From Methanobacteriota archaeon (GTDB lineage Archaea; Thermoplasmatota; Thermoplasmata; SG8-5; JAGLSY01): 64,000 bases of DNA. The translations under genes and the position numbers were made by a program. The notes beneath the pieces are model-generated. The model was given only the letters and a program-made list of their open reading frames with translations, ran no database searches and was not told where the DNA came from. Shown in pieces: positions 28,901-37,952 of this stretch. The stretch lies in contig JAEHCO010000003.1 of the NCBI GenBank assembly GCA_020697715.1, positions 64,001 through 128,000 on the forward strand. Reading direction: 5' to 3'. Positions within the stretch are counted from its first letter, which is position 1. Every line of letters begins with the position of its first letter.

Positions 28901-30716
28901 TCCATGTGAGATCGTCACTTTCACTGAATATGAGTTGGATATCATAATATCTTGAATTTGTAGAGCCAGTTAGTGAATTTAATACATCTGTCTCTATCCA
29001 GTTAGTTCCTGTCCCCATCCCTCGTTCTATCAAGGCATCTGCTCCGGTTGCAGTCCCTCTCCACTCGACCTGCACTATTAGATTATGGGTTCCATCGTAT
29101 TCAAAATCATTATCAAGGTCGAATTGGAACCACCCAGTGCTTGCATCAAAAGTATAGCTTGGGTTATTGTAAACCTCCATCAATGTACCAATATAGTTAT
29201 TGCTGAAGGTTGTGGACAAATTGGATGATGTTCTATCCGTATGAGCTAAGCTCACGGTCACATTAGGGAAGGTTGGGGTTGCTGCGTTTGATTTGAAGAA
29301 CCCTATCTTGTCAATTGTACCATTTTTATTGTTTAGGTCTGGGGCTTGGTAAAGCAACATGAATTTATTGTAGGTATTGCCAGTATCCCAGAGTGCGCCA
29401 TTATTTGTTGTTCCATTATCTATGATGGCATTGTTCACTACATCTGTTGTGAAGATAAGGGAGGGTGTATTCGTATTGATTGATGCGGCTGTAGTAGCAC
29501 CAGTTGTAGACCACATTCGACTCCCGCCTGTAGTCACATCGCTAGTGACAGTATCGCCTCCTCGACCATAATACTGAATGTCAACAAGCAGATTGTAGGA
29601 TGAATCATATGTGAATTCATCATTGAGGTCAAAGTGTATCCATGAATCACCATTCGAGGAGTTCATCACTACATTTGCTTCAGAGAATACTTCTATTTGA
29701 TTTCCATTGAAATTATTCGCAAAGGTAGTTGTTAGAACATTAAGATCTGTATGAGCCAGGAGTATTTTGAAATTAGAATAATTACCAACTGCAGAGGCAT
29801 CTGACCTATTGATAGATATCTTACTTATAACTCCTTCAGCACCCACCATATCTGGTGTGAAAAGTGATTGATAATGGAGCTGCGTGGCTGGATTGAAAGG
29901 ATATCCCGATGCGGCATCATTCGATCCCGACTTGTGCTCGACACTTCCATTTCCCAATCCTGCCAGGCTGATAGTCCTTGCTGGATCGTTCTCATTGAAG
30001 ATCTGGTCTGGAACTGGTGGTTCGATCTCCGCGGAGTATGTGAGAGTGAGCTTTGGCCTGAGAGTTATATCTGTCACATAATCACTGGAATAGAATCTTG
30101 CAAATTCCATAACTACATAATTACCAACAAAGACCAATCCGTAATTGGGTATTATATTGTCTTGCCAGTCATTAACAATATCTGTGATATCAAAACTATA
30201 CCAGCAACCTGTTGTATCAACATCCATGTAGACTTCTCTTGTTAGATCATAATCTCCACCTGGTGTGGTCCATAAGTTACCCGCATCTCTATTATTCCAT
30301 GTAACCTCATTTTCTATCCAGGGCTGTGTAGCTGGATACCCTGATATGTTCACACCACCGCCTCCTAAAGCGTAGCAATAAAGATCTAAGGATGCGTAAA
30401 TAATTTCAATTGGTTGTGTTGGCATATCCATTTGCCAAAAATTTCTTACTTCCTGAGATCCGCCAAAAAGCCCTAATTGGAAATTTGTGCTTGCACCATT
30501 ATTTGTATCCACTCCGCCTAGATCACCTATCCAGGCGTCCTTTCCAGCCGTCGCATCCGGCTGAATAACAATAGTATCCACCGAATCATCAACTACTCCG
30601 GCAGCTGGCTCAATGATTATTTGATCGTTCGTGGTCGTGAAAAGGAGCCCCGCAGGGGCAATCATCATCGCGGCCAGTATACATGCAGAGATCTTGACAT
30701 AATTGATTTTATCCAT
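25926..30716 (-). CDS. Giant surface protein: DNRLRE-like domain, duplicated beta-sandwich pairs, cadherin/Ig-like domains, Ca-binding repeats, TM, Pro-rich tail
   Basis: KDAWI...TNNG...RPKLTLTY; two IEPPVPxQxFxExDPARTI blocks; VNDPP/INDAP; 78-bp DGDGMPNIYEFENxLDP repeats; TM; PPPPPPPP. Confidence 0.87.
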   Translation of the reverse strand: MDKINYVKISACILAAMMIAPAGLLFTTTNDQIIIEPAAGVVDDSVDTIVIQPDATAGKDAWIGDLGGVDTNNGASTNFQLGLFGGSQEVRNFWQMDMPTQPIEIIYASLDLYCYALGGGGVNISGYPATQPWIENEVTWNNRDAGNLWTTPGGDYDLTREVYMDVDTTGCWYSFDITDIVNDWQDNIIPNYGLVFVGNYVVMEFARFYSSDYVTDITLRPKLTLTYSAEIEPPVPDQIFNENDPARTISLAGLGNGSVEHKSGSNDAASGYPFNPATQLHYQSLFTPDMVGAEGVISKISINRSDASAVGNYSNFKILLAHTDLNVLTTTFANNFNGNQIEVFSEANVVMNSSNGDSWIHFDLNDEFTYDSSYNLLVDIQYYGRGGDTVTSDVTTGGSRMWSTTGATTAASINTNTPSLIFTTDVVNNAIIDNGTTNNGALWDTGNTYNKFMLLYQAPDLNNKNGTIDKIGFFKSNAATPTFPNVTVSLAHTDRTSSNLSTTFSNNYIGTLMEVYNNPSYTFDASTGWFQFDLDNDFEYDGTHNLIVQVEWRGTATGADALIERGMGTGTNWIETDVLNSLTGSTNSRYYDIQLIFSESDDLTWTAYSSDPDLFDANISADGKDLIITPVADMSGEGIAYLNLTNTNNGGMVTQNIPVTIIENPKIEPPVPAQVFQEDDPARTIDLTHRDNDMMVHESGLNLVANGVPFLGGATNQMRSQFVYTPEQVGAEGIIKTIAFNNSWDITDTGTYDNFQVKMAHTSLDALTATFANNYNGYLIEVFPTQNITVDFPGGDSWFELDLNDNFTYDSSHNLLIDIVWNGDNGTNIYIDTTNGIPGGLLYNTAGAGTGTIQANSPVFKFTTEKIGNAIKDSGTTNNGLLWDTGQTYTKFQMLYKASELDDQKGTIDKIGFYKTNTEDPSFPNVTISLAHTDLDALTGTYDDNYIGSLTDVYYNLNYTFDASSGWIQFDLDDTFYYNGTDNLLVQVEWNGTAYGADAFISRGPDIGTNWVYTFTSGSSTGTTDSRYYNTQIIFTEKMTWSAIGSDPSLFTTVISGENLIITPVAEMNGVGSIGLTLTRDSDGIFDTQTIPVTINAVNDPPIITGPITLDCIEDIEVIVNVISYISDIDDALEDLTISEDSDYATVDETNITFLYTEGIVSEDVIITVTDMAGATDTVTLSVTITPINDAPEFTNFVDNITCDADMDFVYTPHPVDEETVTGQLTIYTNSGYATLTNHSIRFNYPKGIGSENVTIYLVDEDIYGTQNNVSYTLMVTVNDYPEVIGHTPSGVDVPVTTLATVTFDMPMDANTTENAFEMSIGNSTVLGNFSWNGDHTILTFTPDDALGNGVYDVIVRASAENSDGVSMRSAYSWSFNATLGDYDGDGDGMPDQYEIDNGLDPDVDDSDSDLDGDGMPNIYEFENELDPAVDDADDDADGDGMPNIYEFENDLDPNVDDADGDADGDGISNLDEFEAGTSSSDPDDNPDEPMNWLPIILLLVIVIVAIVLFFMLKNKKDKPEDMPPAPEGEEWNAPEEGTPPFEEGQFQEQAPPPQEPVEPMNDVPAEEPVAPVDDQTPPPPPPPPGEVDPSEFITE

Positions 30717-31004
30717 TTGTCTTCCTCCAGTTCATATCTAATTGGAATCTTGAATAGGCATAGTTATTTGTGCAGTTATCCAATTTGGTATTATACTTAT
30801 TATTGCACAGTTATCTAATTATATAAAGTTAACCTTTATTTGTTCTTACTGAGCCAGATTTAAATATCAAATGTAAAATATAATAATATACATCGCTAAA
30901 TTGCCACATATGACATTTGCTAAATTTATAATCATTAACAATAATCCACAATGAGCTCACATTGTGGTTCTATGAATATGGAGATCCCTATGGATACGTG
31001 AATA

Positions 31005-31508
31005 CTAACTTTTCTTCTTTGGCTTGGATGATAATTCTTTTTGAAATGGGCATTCATGATCTTTGGACGGCTTGCACTGTATCCTCTCGCCAGTCTCGAC
31101 ATAATGACGATAATGGGCGAACCAGTGTGATTCTTCCTCCGCTCCCTTGACAAAATCCACGAACTTGGTAAGGCGGTCCATTGTTTCCGGGTTCACGGTA
31201 TGCTCTATCTTGCAGGCATCTTCTTCTGCAATATTCTCGTCTATCCCGAATATGATAAGGAGCTCTCTTAGAGTGTCATGTTTGGCACGAACTGCTTTGG
31301 CGATCGCCTTTCCTTTGTCGGTCAGGGTCACACCACTGTATCTCTCATAATTGACAAAGCCATCATCCGCCAGTTTTTTGAACATCTCTGTAACACTGGG
31401 TGGCCCCACACTCAGTATTTGGGATATGTCTCGCACTTTTGCATATCCCTTTTTTTTCGTCATCGTGTAGATGGCCTCTAAATAATCTTCATTTCTGTCA
31501 GTTGTCAT
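31005..31508 (-). CDS. DtxR/MntR family metal-dependent transcriptional regulator
   Basis: EDYLEAIY, PSVTEMFKKL, LTDKG, AEEDACKIEH; ATG at 31508. Confidence 0.93.
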   Translation of the reverse strand: MTTDRNEDYLEAIYTMTKKKGYAKVRDISQILSVGPPSVTEMFKKLADDGFVNYERYSGVTLTDKGKAIAKAVRAKHDTLRELLIIFGIDENIAEEDACKIEHTVNPETMDRLTKFVDFVKGAEEESHWFAHYRHYVETGERIQCKPSKDHECPFQKELSSKPKKKS

Positions 31509-31556
31509 ATGCTGGCTTCCTGTAATATATCTGGAATTTCTATAATGAGATCCCAT

Positions 31557-31603
31557 AACCGAAACATTTTCGGTTTTATTTATAATTTCGCTTCATAACG
31601 AAA
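31557..31603. promoter_or_regulatory. Two inverted repeats flanking a TATA-like box: candidate DtxR/MntR operator
   Basis: AACCGAAA-cat-TTTCGGTT (31557-31575) and TTTCG-n8-CGAAA (~31587-31604) around TTTATAA. Confidence 0.5.
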
Positions 31604-31634
31604 ATGTCATTTACTACGACCCCTATCTCTACTC

Positions 31635-32336
31635 ATGACCCAGGAACCTGATAGAATTTCCTTATCATCCAAGGCCATCATCGGTGTCGATGAGGCTGGC
31701 AGAGGCCCAGTCATCGGACCACTGGTAGTATGTGGTCTGGCAGTGGAAAATGATGATGTTCTGAAGGAGTTGGGAGTGCGGGATTCAAAGAAGGTCGCGC
31801 CCAAGAAGCGAGAAGAACTGGCAACCCGCCTTAGAGAAGTTGCCAGGTATGAATACGCCATAATGGATGCGGCAGATATCGATGTCCTACGCCAGCGATA
31901 CACACTGAATGTGATCGAAGCCAAGCTTTTCGCGAGCGTGGTCGAAAAGCTCGGACCCTGCTCAGTAGTCTATCTGGATGCCGCGGATTCCAATGAAGAG
32001 GGATTTGGAAAACAGGTATTGCGGGAGATGGGAGAGTCTGGCAATGCTATCAAGATAATATCAAAGCACGGGGCTGATGACATTTACCCCGTGGTGTCTG
32101 CTTCATCGATACTGGCCAAGACAAAGCGCGATAATATCGTAAAGGAGATCGAGGAGGAGCTTGGTCAGCCCATTGGAAGCGGCTATCCCTCGGACCCCAA
32201 GACCATCCAGTTCCTTAAGGCATGGTATCGGGAACATGGGGAGATGCCCCCTCACACGCGCATGAGCTGGAAGACTGTCGGAAGATTGATAAATGAGCTT
32301 AGCATGAAGGGGCTGGCAAGCTTCGATGAAGATTAG
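31635..32336 (+). CDS. rnhB: Ribonuclease HII
   Basis: GVDEAGRGPVIGP, RDSKK, VSASSILAK, GSGYPSDP, RMSW. Confidence 0.96.
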   Translation: MTQEPDRISLSSKAIIGVDEAGRGPVIGPLVVCGLAVENDDVLKELGVRDSKKVAPKKREELATRLREVARYEYAIMDAADIDVLRQRYTLNVIEAKLFASVVEKLGPCSVVYLDAADSNEEGFGKQVLREMGESGNAIKIISKHGADDIYPVVSASSILAKTKRDNIVKEIEEELGQPIGSGYPSDPKTIQFLKAWYREHGEMPPHTRMSWKTVGRLINELSMKGLASFDED

Positions 32337-32342
32337 CAATGG

Positions 32343-32693
32343 ATGGATGATAAAATGGATGAACTAGAGCAACTTTTACTGAATACGGTCGAGAAATTCA
32401 GGGCCAAGATGATAGAGGATGAGGATCTGAGAGAGGAGATGAAGCCCCTGAAGCGCACGATCAATATCGAGCTTACGGATGCGGAAGGCTTCTCCTTTAT
32501 TCTGAACCATGGGGACGTGACGGATTTTAAAAGAGGCTATATCGAGAACCCGGATGTCGCTATCCAGATAAAAGAGGCCGATATGTTAGCTCTTCTGAAA
32601 AAAGAGCTAAAGCCAATGAAGGCCTGGGCAACTAAGAAGTTGAAATTCGAAGCCGAACTTGAGGATGTTGTCAGGATGCGGAAGTTCTTTTGA
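32343..32693 (+). CDS. SCP2 sterol/lipid-binding domain protein
   Basis: NPDVAI...DMLALLKKELKPMKAWATKKLKFE pattern. Confidence 0.75.
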   Translation: MDDKMDELEQLLLNTVEKFRAKMIEDEDLREEMKPLKRTINIELTDAEGFSFILNHGDVTDFKRGYIENPDVAIQIKEADMLALLKKELKPMKAWATKKLKFEAELEDVVRMRKFF

Positions 32694-33068
32694 ACATCCT
32701 CGTCCATCGCTGAGCTCAGACGAGGTTTTCGAATAGGAAGCACTCTGTGACCATCACCACTTTTTCTTTTAACCCTCGCTGTGCTGAATTGGGCTCCAAA
32801 AGAAAAAGACGGACAAATAAGAAAACTCGCCCAACTCTGCTCGCTCGGGAGAACTACCACCGCCCTCGGTTACATGGCCTGGTCAATCAGACGGGGCATG
32901 TTCGAATACAAATGCAATTTCCGAGCGAGCAGGCTCTATCGAATTTTCTTTTCTAAAGCATACGCTGATCAAATGCTTCATTGGTCAATTTTTCGCATAT
33001 TCTTCAGGCTTTTGGTATAAACTTATAACCATAATGGACTGCACCTTGAACAAGTCAAGGTTGGTCCA

Positions 33069-33470
33069 CTACTCCTTGGGAACAAATTTATAACCATAAT
33101 GGATCACACCACATTCTCCTTCCTGGCCAAGTTTTCTGAAGACAGCCTCGACCTCTGTTCCGATCTTGACTTCATCAGGTTTGACATCGACTATTTGTCC
33201 AGTTATCTTGGGCCCTTCTTCCAGTTCGATTATCGCCATGGTATATGGAACCTGCATGGAGAATGCGGGAAGTCCATCATGCACAACAGTGTATGATATG
33301 ATCTTGCCCTTGCCAGATAGTTTCAATTTCTCCATTTTCCCAATGCTTTCCCTGCGGCATTTCGGGCACAGGTCACGTGGTGGAAAATACACAATACCGC
33401 ATGCACCGCATTTCTTTCCCTGCATATTGTACCTGCTCTGGTTCTCTCTCCAGAATCTTGCAACTTCCAT
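33069..33470 (-). CDS. DUF35 Zn-ribbon/OB-fold protein (thiolase-HMGS scaffold)
   Basis: CGACGIVYFPPRDLCPKC; YGYKF; adjacent to the thiolase gene. Confidence 0.92.
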   Translation of the reverse strand: MEVARFWRENQSRYNMQGKKCGACGIVYFPPRDLCPKCRRESIGKMEKLKLSGKGKIISYTVVHDGLPAFSMQVPYTMAIIELEEGPKITGQIVDVKPDEVKIGTEVEAVFRKLGQEGECGVIHYGYKFVPKE

Positions 33471-34639
33471 CAGTTACCCCTCCCGAGAATATGAACTATA
33501 CAAGTCGAGCCAGTTCCTCCGATATTATGGATGAGCCCCTTTTCGGCATCCTTCACCTGCCTATCACCAGCTTCGCCTCTTAATTGCAATGTCATCTCAA
33601 CAGCTTGACCAACTCCAGTGGCTCCCATCGGATTTCCCTTCGCTTTGAGACCTCCAGATGTATTGACGGATATCTTGGAGTTCAAAGCAGTCTCACCATC
33701 TTCGGTGGCCTTACCGCCCTTGCCTTTCTCAAAGAAGCCAAGGTCCTCGATCGCCATGATCTCCGATATGGAGAAGGCATCATGCACCTCTGCAAGCTGT
33801 ATGTCATTTGGCCCGATGCCTGCGTATTTGTAAGCTTTTTTGGAGGCTTCGATCGTGGCATCCATCCTTGTAAGGCTTGGTCGGTCATGCAGAGCCATAT
33901 AATCCCCAGCTTGTCCACAGCTCAGGATCTTCACTGGTGAATCCGTGTACTTCTTCGCATCCTCCCATGGACATAATATGACAGCCGCGGCCCCATCCGA
34001 TAGGGGCGCGCAATCAAAGACACCAAGGGGATCTGCCACCATTGGAGCATTGAGAGCCATCTCTAACTTTATCGCTCTCTGGAACTGAGCATCTGGGTTC
34101 ATGGATCCATTAAGATGATTCTTCACGGCCACTGAGGCCAATTGTTCTTTCGTTGTGCCAAAATCATTCATATGTCTTCTCGCCATCATCGCGTACAATG
34201 ATCCAAGGGTTGCGCCAAATACAGCTTCCCACTCTTGGTCCGCTGTGCTTGCCAGAATCTCGGCTGCTGATTCTTCACCAACATCCATCATCTTTTCCGC
34301 TCCTCCAACCACAACTATGTCATGAACACTACTGGCTACTGACATGTAAGCCTGTGAGAGCGCTATTCCACCAGATGCATTTGCCGCTTCCACTCTGACC
34401 GAGGGAAGGTTCCTTTCACCAAAGCCAGAGTAATCGGCTATGAGGGGGGCGATATGTTCCTGGTCGATGAGACGGTCGGCTGACATGTTTCCGACAAACA
34501 TGGCATCGATATCATCACCAGCTATACCAGCATCTTCCATGGCCTTGAATCCAGCTTCGATACCCAGATCTCTGAAGGATCTCTCCCACAATTCACCGAA
34601 TTTCGTTTCTCCTACTCCGATTATTGCTACTTCTCTCAT
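33470..34639 (-). CDS. Acetoacetyl-CoA thiolase (archaeal type)
   Basis: DGAAA, EVHDAF, NTSGGLKAKG; RVEAANASG stands where thiolases usually have the catalytic Cys. Confidence 0.9.
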   Translation of the reverse strand: MREVAIIGVGETKFGELWERSFRDLGIEAGFKAMEDAGIAGDDIDAMFVGNMSADRLIDQEHIAPLIADYSGFGERNLPSVRVEAANASGGIALSQAYMSVASSVHDIVVVGGAEKMMDVGEESAAEILASTADQEWEAVFGATLGSLYAMMARRHMNDFGTTKEQLASVAVKNHLNGSMNPDAQFQRAIKLEMALNAPMVADPLGVFDCAPLSDGAAAVILCPWEDAKKYTDSPVKILSCGQAGDYMALHDRPSLTRMDATIEASKKAYKYAGIGPNDIQLAEVHDAFSISEIMAIEDLGFFEKGKGGKATEDGETALNSKISVNTSGGLKAKGNPMGATGVGQAVEMTLQLRGEAGDRQVKDAEKGLIHNIGGTGSTCIVHILGRGN

Positions 34640-34696
34640 ATCAGAACCCCTCCATTTCATTTCGGGCTTTTGAATATTCAAATTTTATTTGCATAT

Positions 34697-35749
34697 TCAA
34701 ACACCTCCCATCTTTATCTTGCCGCGGAATTTTGCATAATTCGCATAATCCAGATATATAAGATCTTGATTGGAGCAGTCAAGACTACACCAATCACCTT
34801 TTCGATAATCCTCAATGGAATCCTTAACTGTTATATCAAATCCATCTGACCCAGCTCCTGAGCCATAGGCCATGACAAATATTCTATCTCCTGGGGCGGC
34901 GTGATCCAATACATTGGTCAGGCCAAGAGGTACAGCGCCTGAGTAGGTATTGCCAATTATAGGTGTGAGCAGGCCGTATTTCATTTGATCTGGCCCGAAT
35001 CCCATGCTTTTTCCTATTCTCAATGGGAACTTGCCATTTGGTTGGTGGAAGATAGCATGTTGGTAATCATCAGGTTTAGTTCCCATGGCTTGAAAGAGCT
35101 TGTGTGAACATGCATTGATGTGCTTGAAATACGCAGGTTCACCCGTGAACCTGCCTGCGTGTTTGGGATACATCTGTCCCTCCCTTCTCCAGAAATCAGG
35201 TGTGTCGGTGGTGTATGATACAGTGTGATTGATCTCCGCTATCATATTTTCTTTACCTATCAGAAAGGCTGCCCCTCCTGCCGAGGCTGAATATTCTAAT
35301 GGGTCGCCTGGAGCTCCCTGAGATGTGTCCGCGCCTATCGCCATGCCGTACTTCACCATATCTGACAATACAAGACCCATGCAGGTCTGTATCGCGGCAG
35401 TTCCCGCTTTGCAAGCGAACTCATAATCTGCCGCGGTGAGATCTGGTGCCGCTCCTATGGCCTCAGATACTATTGTCGCTGTTGGTTTCACAGCATATGG
35501 ATGAGATTCGGAGCCAACGTATATCGCTCCGATATCATCTGGACAAACGTCGCATCCTTTCATGGCCTTTCTAGCTGCGGATACCGCAATAGTGATCACA
35601 TCTTCATCCGGGCTTGGTATGGATTTCATCTGGATGCCCAGGCCTTTTCCGCGAGCTGCCCCATCCACTCCCCAGACCTTTCCAATATTGTCTGGAGTGA
35701 TCCTGTACTTGGGCACATACCCACCATATCCAACAATTCCTACTGTCAC
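34697..35749 (-). CDS. Hydroxymethylglutaryl-CoA synthase
   Basis: [36 protein letters not shown]; GTG at 35749 after GGAGG. Confidence 0.95.
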   Translation of the reverse strand: MTVGIVGYGGYVPKYRITPDNIGKVWGVDGAARGKGLGIQMKSIPSPDEDVITIAVSAARKAMKGCDVCPDDIGAIYVGSESHPYAVKPTATIVSEAIGAAPDLTAADYEFACKAGTAAIQTCMGLVLSDMVKYGMAIGADTSQGAPGDPLEYSASAGGAAFLIGKENMIAEINHTVSYTTDTPDFWRREGQMYPKHAGRFTGEPAYFKHINACSHKLFQAMGTKPDDYQHAIFHQPNGKFPLRIGKSMGFGPDQMKYGLLTPIIGNTYSGAVPLGLTNVLDHAAPGDRIFVMAYGSGAGSDGFDITVKDSIEDYRKGDWCSLDCSNQDLIYLDYANYAKFRGKIKMGGV

Positions 35750-35775
35750 TGTTAAATTCCTCCTGCATGCTTCAT

Positions 35776-36462
35776 TCAATCACCTATTTCTTTAAATCTT
35801 TCGAGAAGCTCATTTCCTGAGAGCTCGGTTACCAGGAGAATTATATTCTCAAGGGTTGCCAGCCTTATCGCGAGATCATCCACATTCTCTGGTTTTACAT
35901 AGACCACCATGGCTGGTTTCATCGGATGAGCTCTGACAGCTATCATTGGTGATCTTCCATGTTTGACACCAGTGAATAACAGAGCTCTCTCCGTGCTCCA
36001 ACCATACACTTTCATGTAATCCTCTGAGGATAATGTCGTGATGGCTTTCAGACTGTCTATAAGAGTGAATCCATTTATGCTTCTTTCTTGATTCACATCC
36101 GGGTTCAACACCTTTGCCTCTATGAGGTCGCAGAATTCTGCCGCATCCATTGATCTCTTGAACTCGCCCATTCCTATTATGGCCTCTATTCCTATCTCGG
36201 CTCCGAACTGTTTTGTGATCTGGCCGCCTCTTTCCAGGTCTATATAGAGCAGTCCATCCACTATCTTCCTGACAGTGACGACCCCAGGAGATTGTCTCCT
36301 GCCAGCTTCATAATCACTGATCACGGAAGTGGATATTTCCAGATAGTTTGCAAGATCTTTCTGCGATATCTCAAAAAGGGTTCTCCATTTCTTTATGGTG
36401 CTACCAGGCTCATTAGATACGGTGATCTCTCCCGCGATCTTTTGCCTGAGCATCTCGGTCAT
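35776..36462 (-). CDS. XRE-type HTH regulator associated with archaeal HMG-CoA synthase
   Basis: [34 protein letters not shown]. Confidence 0.88.
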   Translation of the reverse strand: MTEMLRQKIAGEITVSNEPGSTIKKWRTLFEISQKDLANYLEISTSVISDYEAGRRQSPGVVTVRKIVDGLLYIDLERGGQITKQFGAEIGIEAIIGMGEFKRSMDAAEFCDLIEAKVLNPDVNQERSINGFTLIDSLKAITTLSSEDYMKVYGWSTERALLFTGVKHGRSPMIAVRAHPMKPAMVVYVKPENVDDLAIRLATLENIILLVTELSGNELLERFKEIGD

Positions 36463-36584
36463 TGAAGGGTGAATGAAATAACACTATTTATTATTGTCGA
36501 AGTTAATAACGTCAAATGACGATTATCAATAGGTGATCGATAGCATTGGAGCAAATACTTTGAATGCATATGAATGGGGTCGTA

Positions 36585-37886
36585 TTAGCTCTTCTTCGTG
36601 GTCTTTTTGGTCGTCTTCTTCGTGGTCTTTTTGACCGTAGCTCCTTTTGGAGGAGGAGATGAAGGCATCTCTTCCACCACTACAGGTTTTTGTGCCTCAA
36701 ATTCAAAAAGAACTGCTTTTTTGATCTTGGCATTCATATCCTTATCGACCTTGTCAAACCTCTTGACAAGAGCTTTGATCTCTTCTTCCAGCTTCTTCGG
36801 CTTGCTGGTCGATAGTTTTTCAACCTCCTTTTCCAGGTCCGTTGTCCTATCATTGAGATTATGTATCCTTTTACTATCTCTGAAAACAGTATCTTTTATC
36901 TCTTCAGATACGGCTATCTCTTTTTTCAGATCTCTTATTCCCTTTTCAGAATTTTTGATCTTTGTATTGATCTTTCGATCAGCATTCCTCAATTCTTTAA
37001 TATCATCCAGCAGGTCGTCATTTCCCTTATCGCTCTCAGCTATAGATTCTATACTATCCATCTTCAATATGGCTGCTTGTAATTTCTTTCTGAGCTCTTC
37101 AAAGGAATCATTCAATCCATTTCTGAGATCGTGGAATTCCTGTTCAAGGGTGCTGATCTGCTCCTCCACATCAGTGAATTGATTATCGATCTCATTGAAC
37201 TGTGTCTCGACCTCGCCGATCGCCGTCTCGACCTCAGCCTCCATTTCAGAAGCAATTGCTTCGATCTCGATCCTCTCGAATGCCTGTATCTCCATCAATT
37301 CACGCTCATACCGGGCAAATCTTTCATGATCGTCCATCTCGATCTCCCTGTATAGTTCCTGGATAAGCACTCTGGCCTTCTCGATCTTCTCCGCCTGGGC
37401 TTTGGACTGTTCATCCAGCCATGGGTTCAATTGGAGTATACTATCAGATTCTTTCTTCACATCATCCATATGGATCTCAATGCCTCCCAGAATTTCCAGG
37501 CGCTTGGAGCTTGCCAGATCCCTGTCCGCATCCAGTACGGATATGCGAGTTGCCTCGTCTTCCGTCCATTTGGTATATGGAGGGAATATCTGCATGAAGT
37601 CAAAGCTCTTTTCGGAGATCTTGCTTCGGACCTCTTCGAACTCTCCCTCAACAACAAGGATCCTGGATCTATTGCTCTTCTTCAATAGAACACTCACACT
37701 GTGATTTGGGTGAAGGTAAGCCTCTATGCTGTAAGGGAAACCCTTGTACACAGAGGGTAGGTGCCTTTCATCAATATCCATCTTTCCAAGATGATCTCTG
37801 TAATTCGTAGTATAGGCATCGATGAATTCTTCTATTGCCTTTCTAAGATCATCATCCGTCAATAAAGTATCATTCTCGGGACACAT
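36585..37886 (-). CDS. Long coiled-coil protein with a Lys/Thr-repeat C-terminal tail
   Basis: Extended heptad region; ends PPPKGATVKKTTKKTTKKTTKKS. Confidence 0.75.
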   Translation of the reverse strand: MCPENDTLLTDDDLRKAIEEFIDAYTTNYRDHLGKMDIDERHLPSVYKGFPYSIEAYLHPNHSVSVLLKKSNRSRILVVEGEFEEVRSKISEKSFDFMQIFPPYTKWTEDEATRISVLDADRDLASSKRLEILGGIEIHMDDVKKESDSILQLNPWLDEQSKAQAEKIEKARVLIQELYREIEMDDHERFARYERELMEIQAFERIEIEAIASEMEAEVETAIGEVETQFNEIDNQFTDVEEQISTLEQEFHDLRNGLNDSFEELRKKLQAAILKMDSIESIAESDKGNDDLLDDIKELRNADRKINTKIKNSEKGIRDLKKEIAVSEEIKDTVFRDSKRIHNLNDRTTDLEKEVEKLSTSKPKKLEEEIKALVKRFDKVDKDMNAKIKKAVLFEFEAQKPVVVEEMPSSPPPKGATVKKTTKKTTKKTTKKS

Positions 37887-37952
37887 AATTACACCGCCCT
37901 TTAATTGATGCCGAGACCTAAAAACCTTTGGTTCGATAATTAAACAAAAATA

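Noticed and set aside
32747-33020. Small ORFs in the SCP2-DUF35 gap
   Set aside because: No RBS and no recognisable motifs; the region is better explained by base-paired structure
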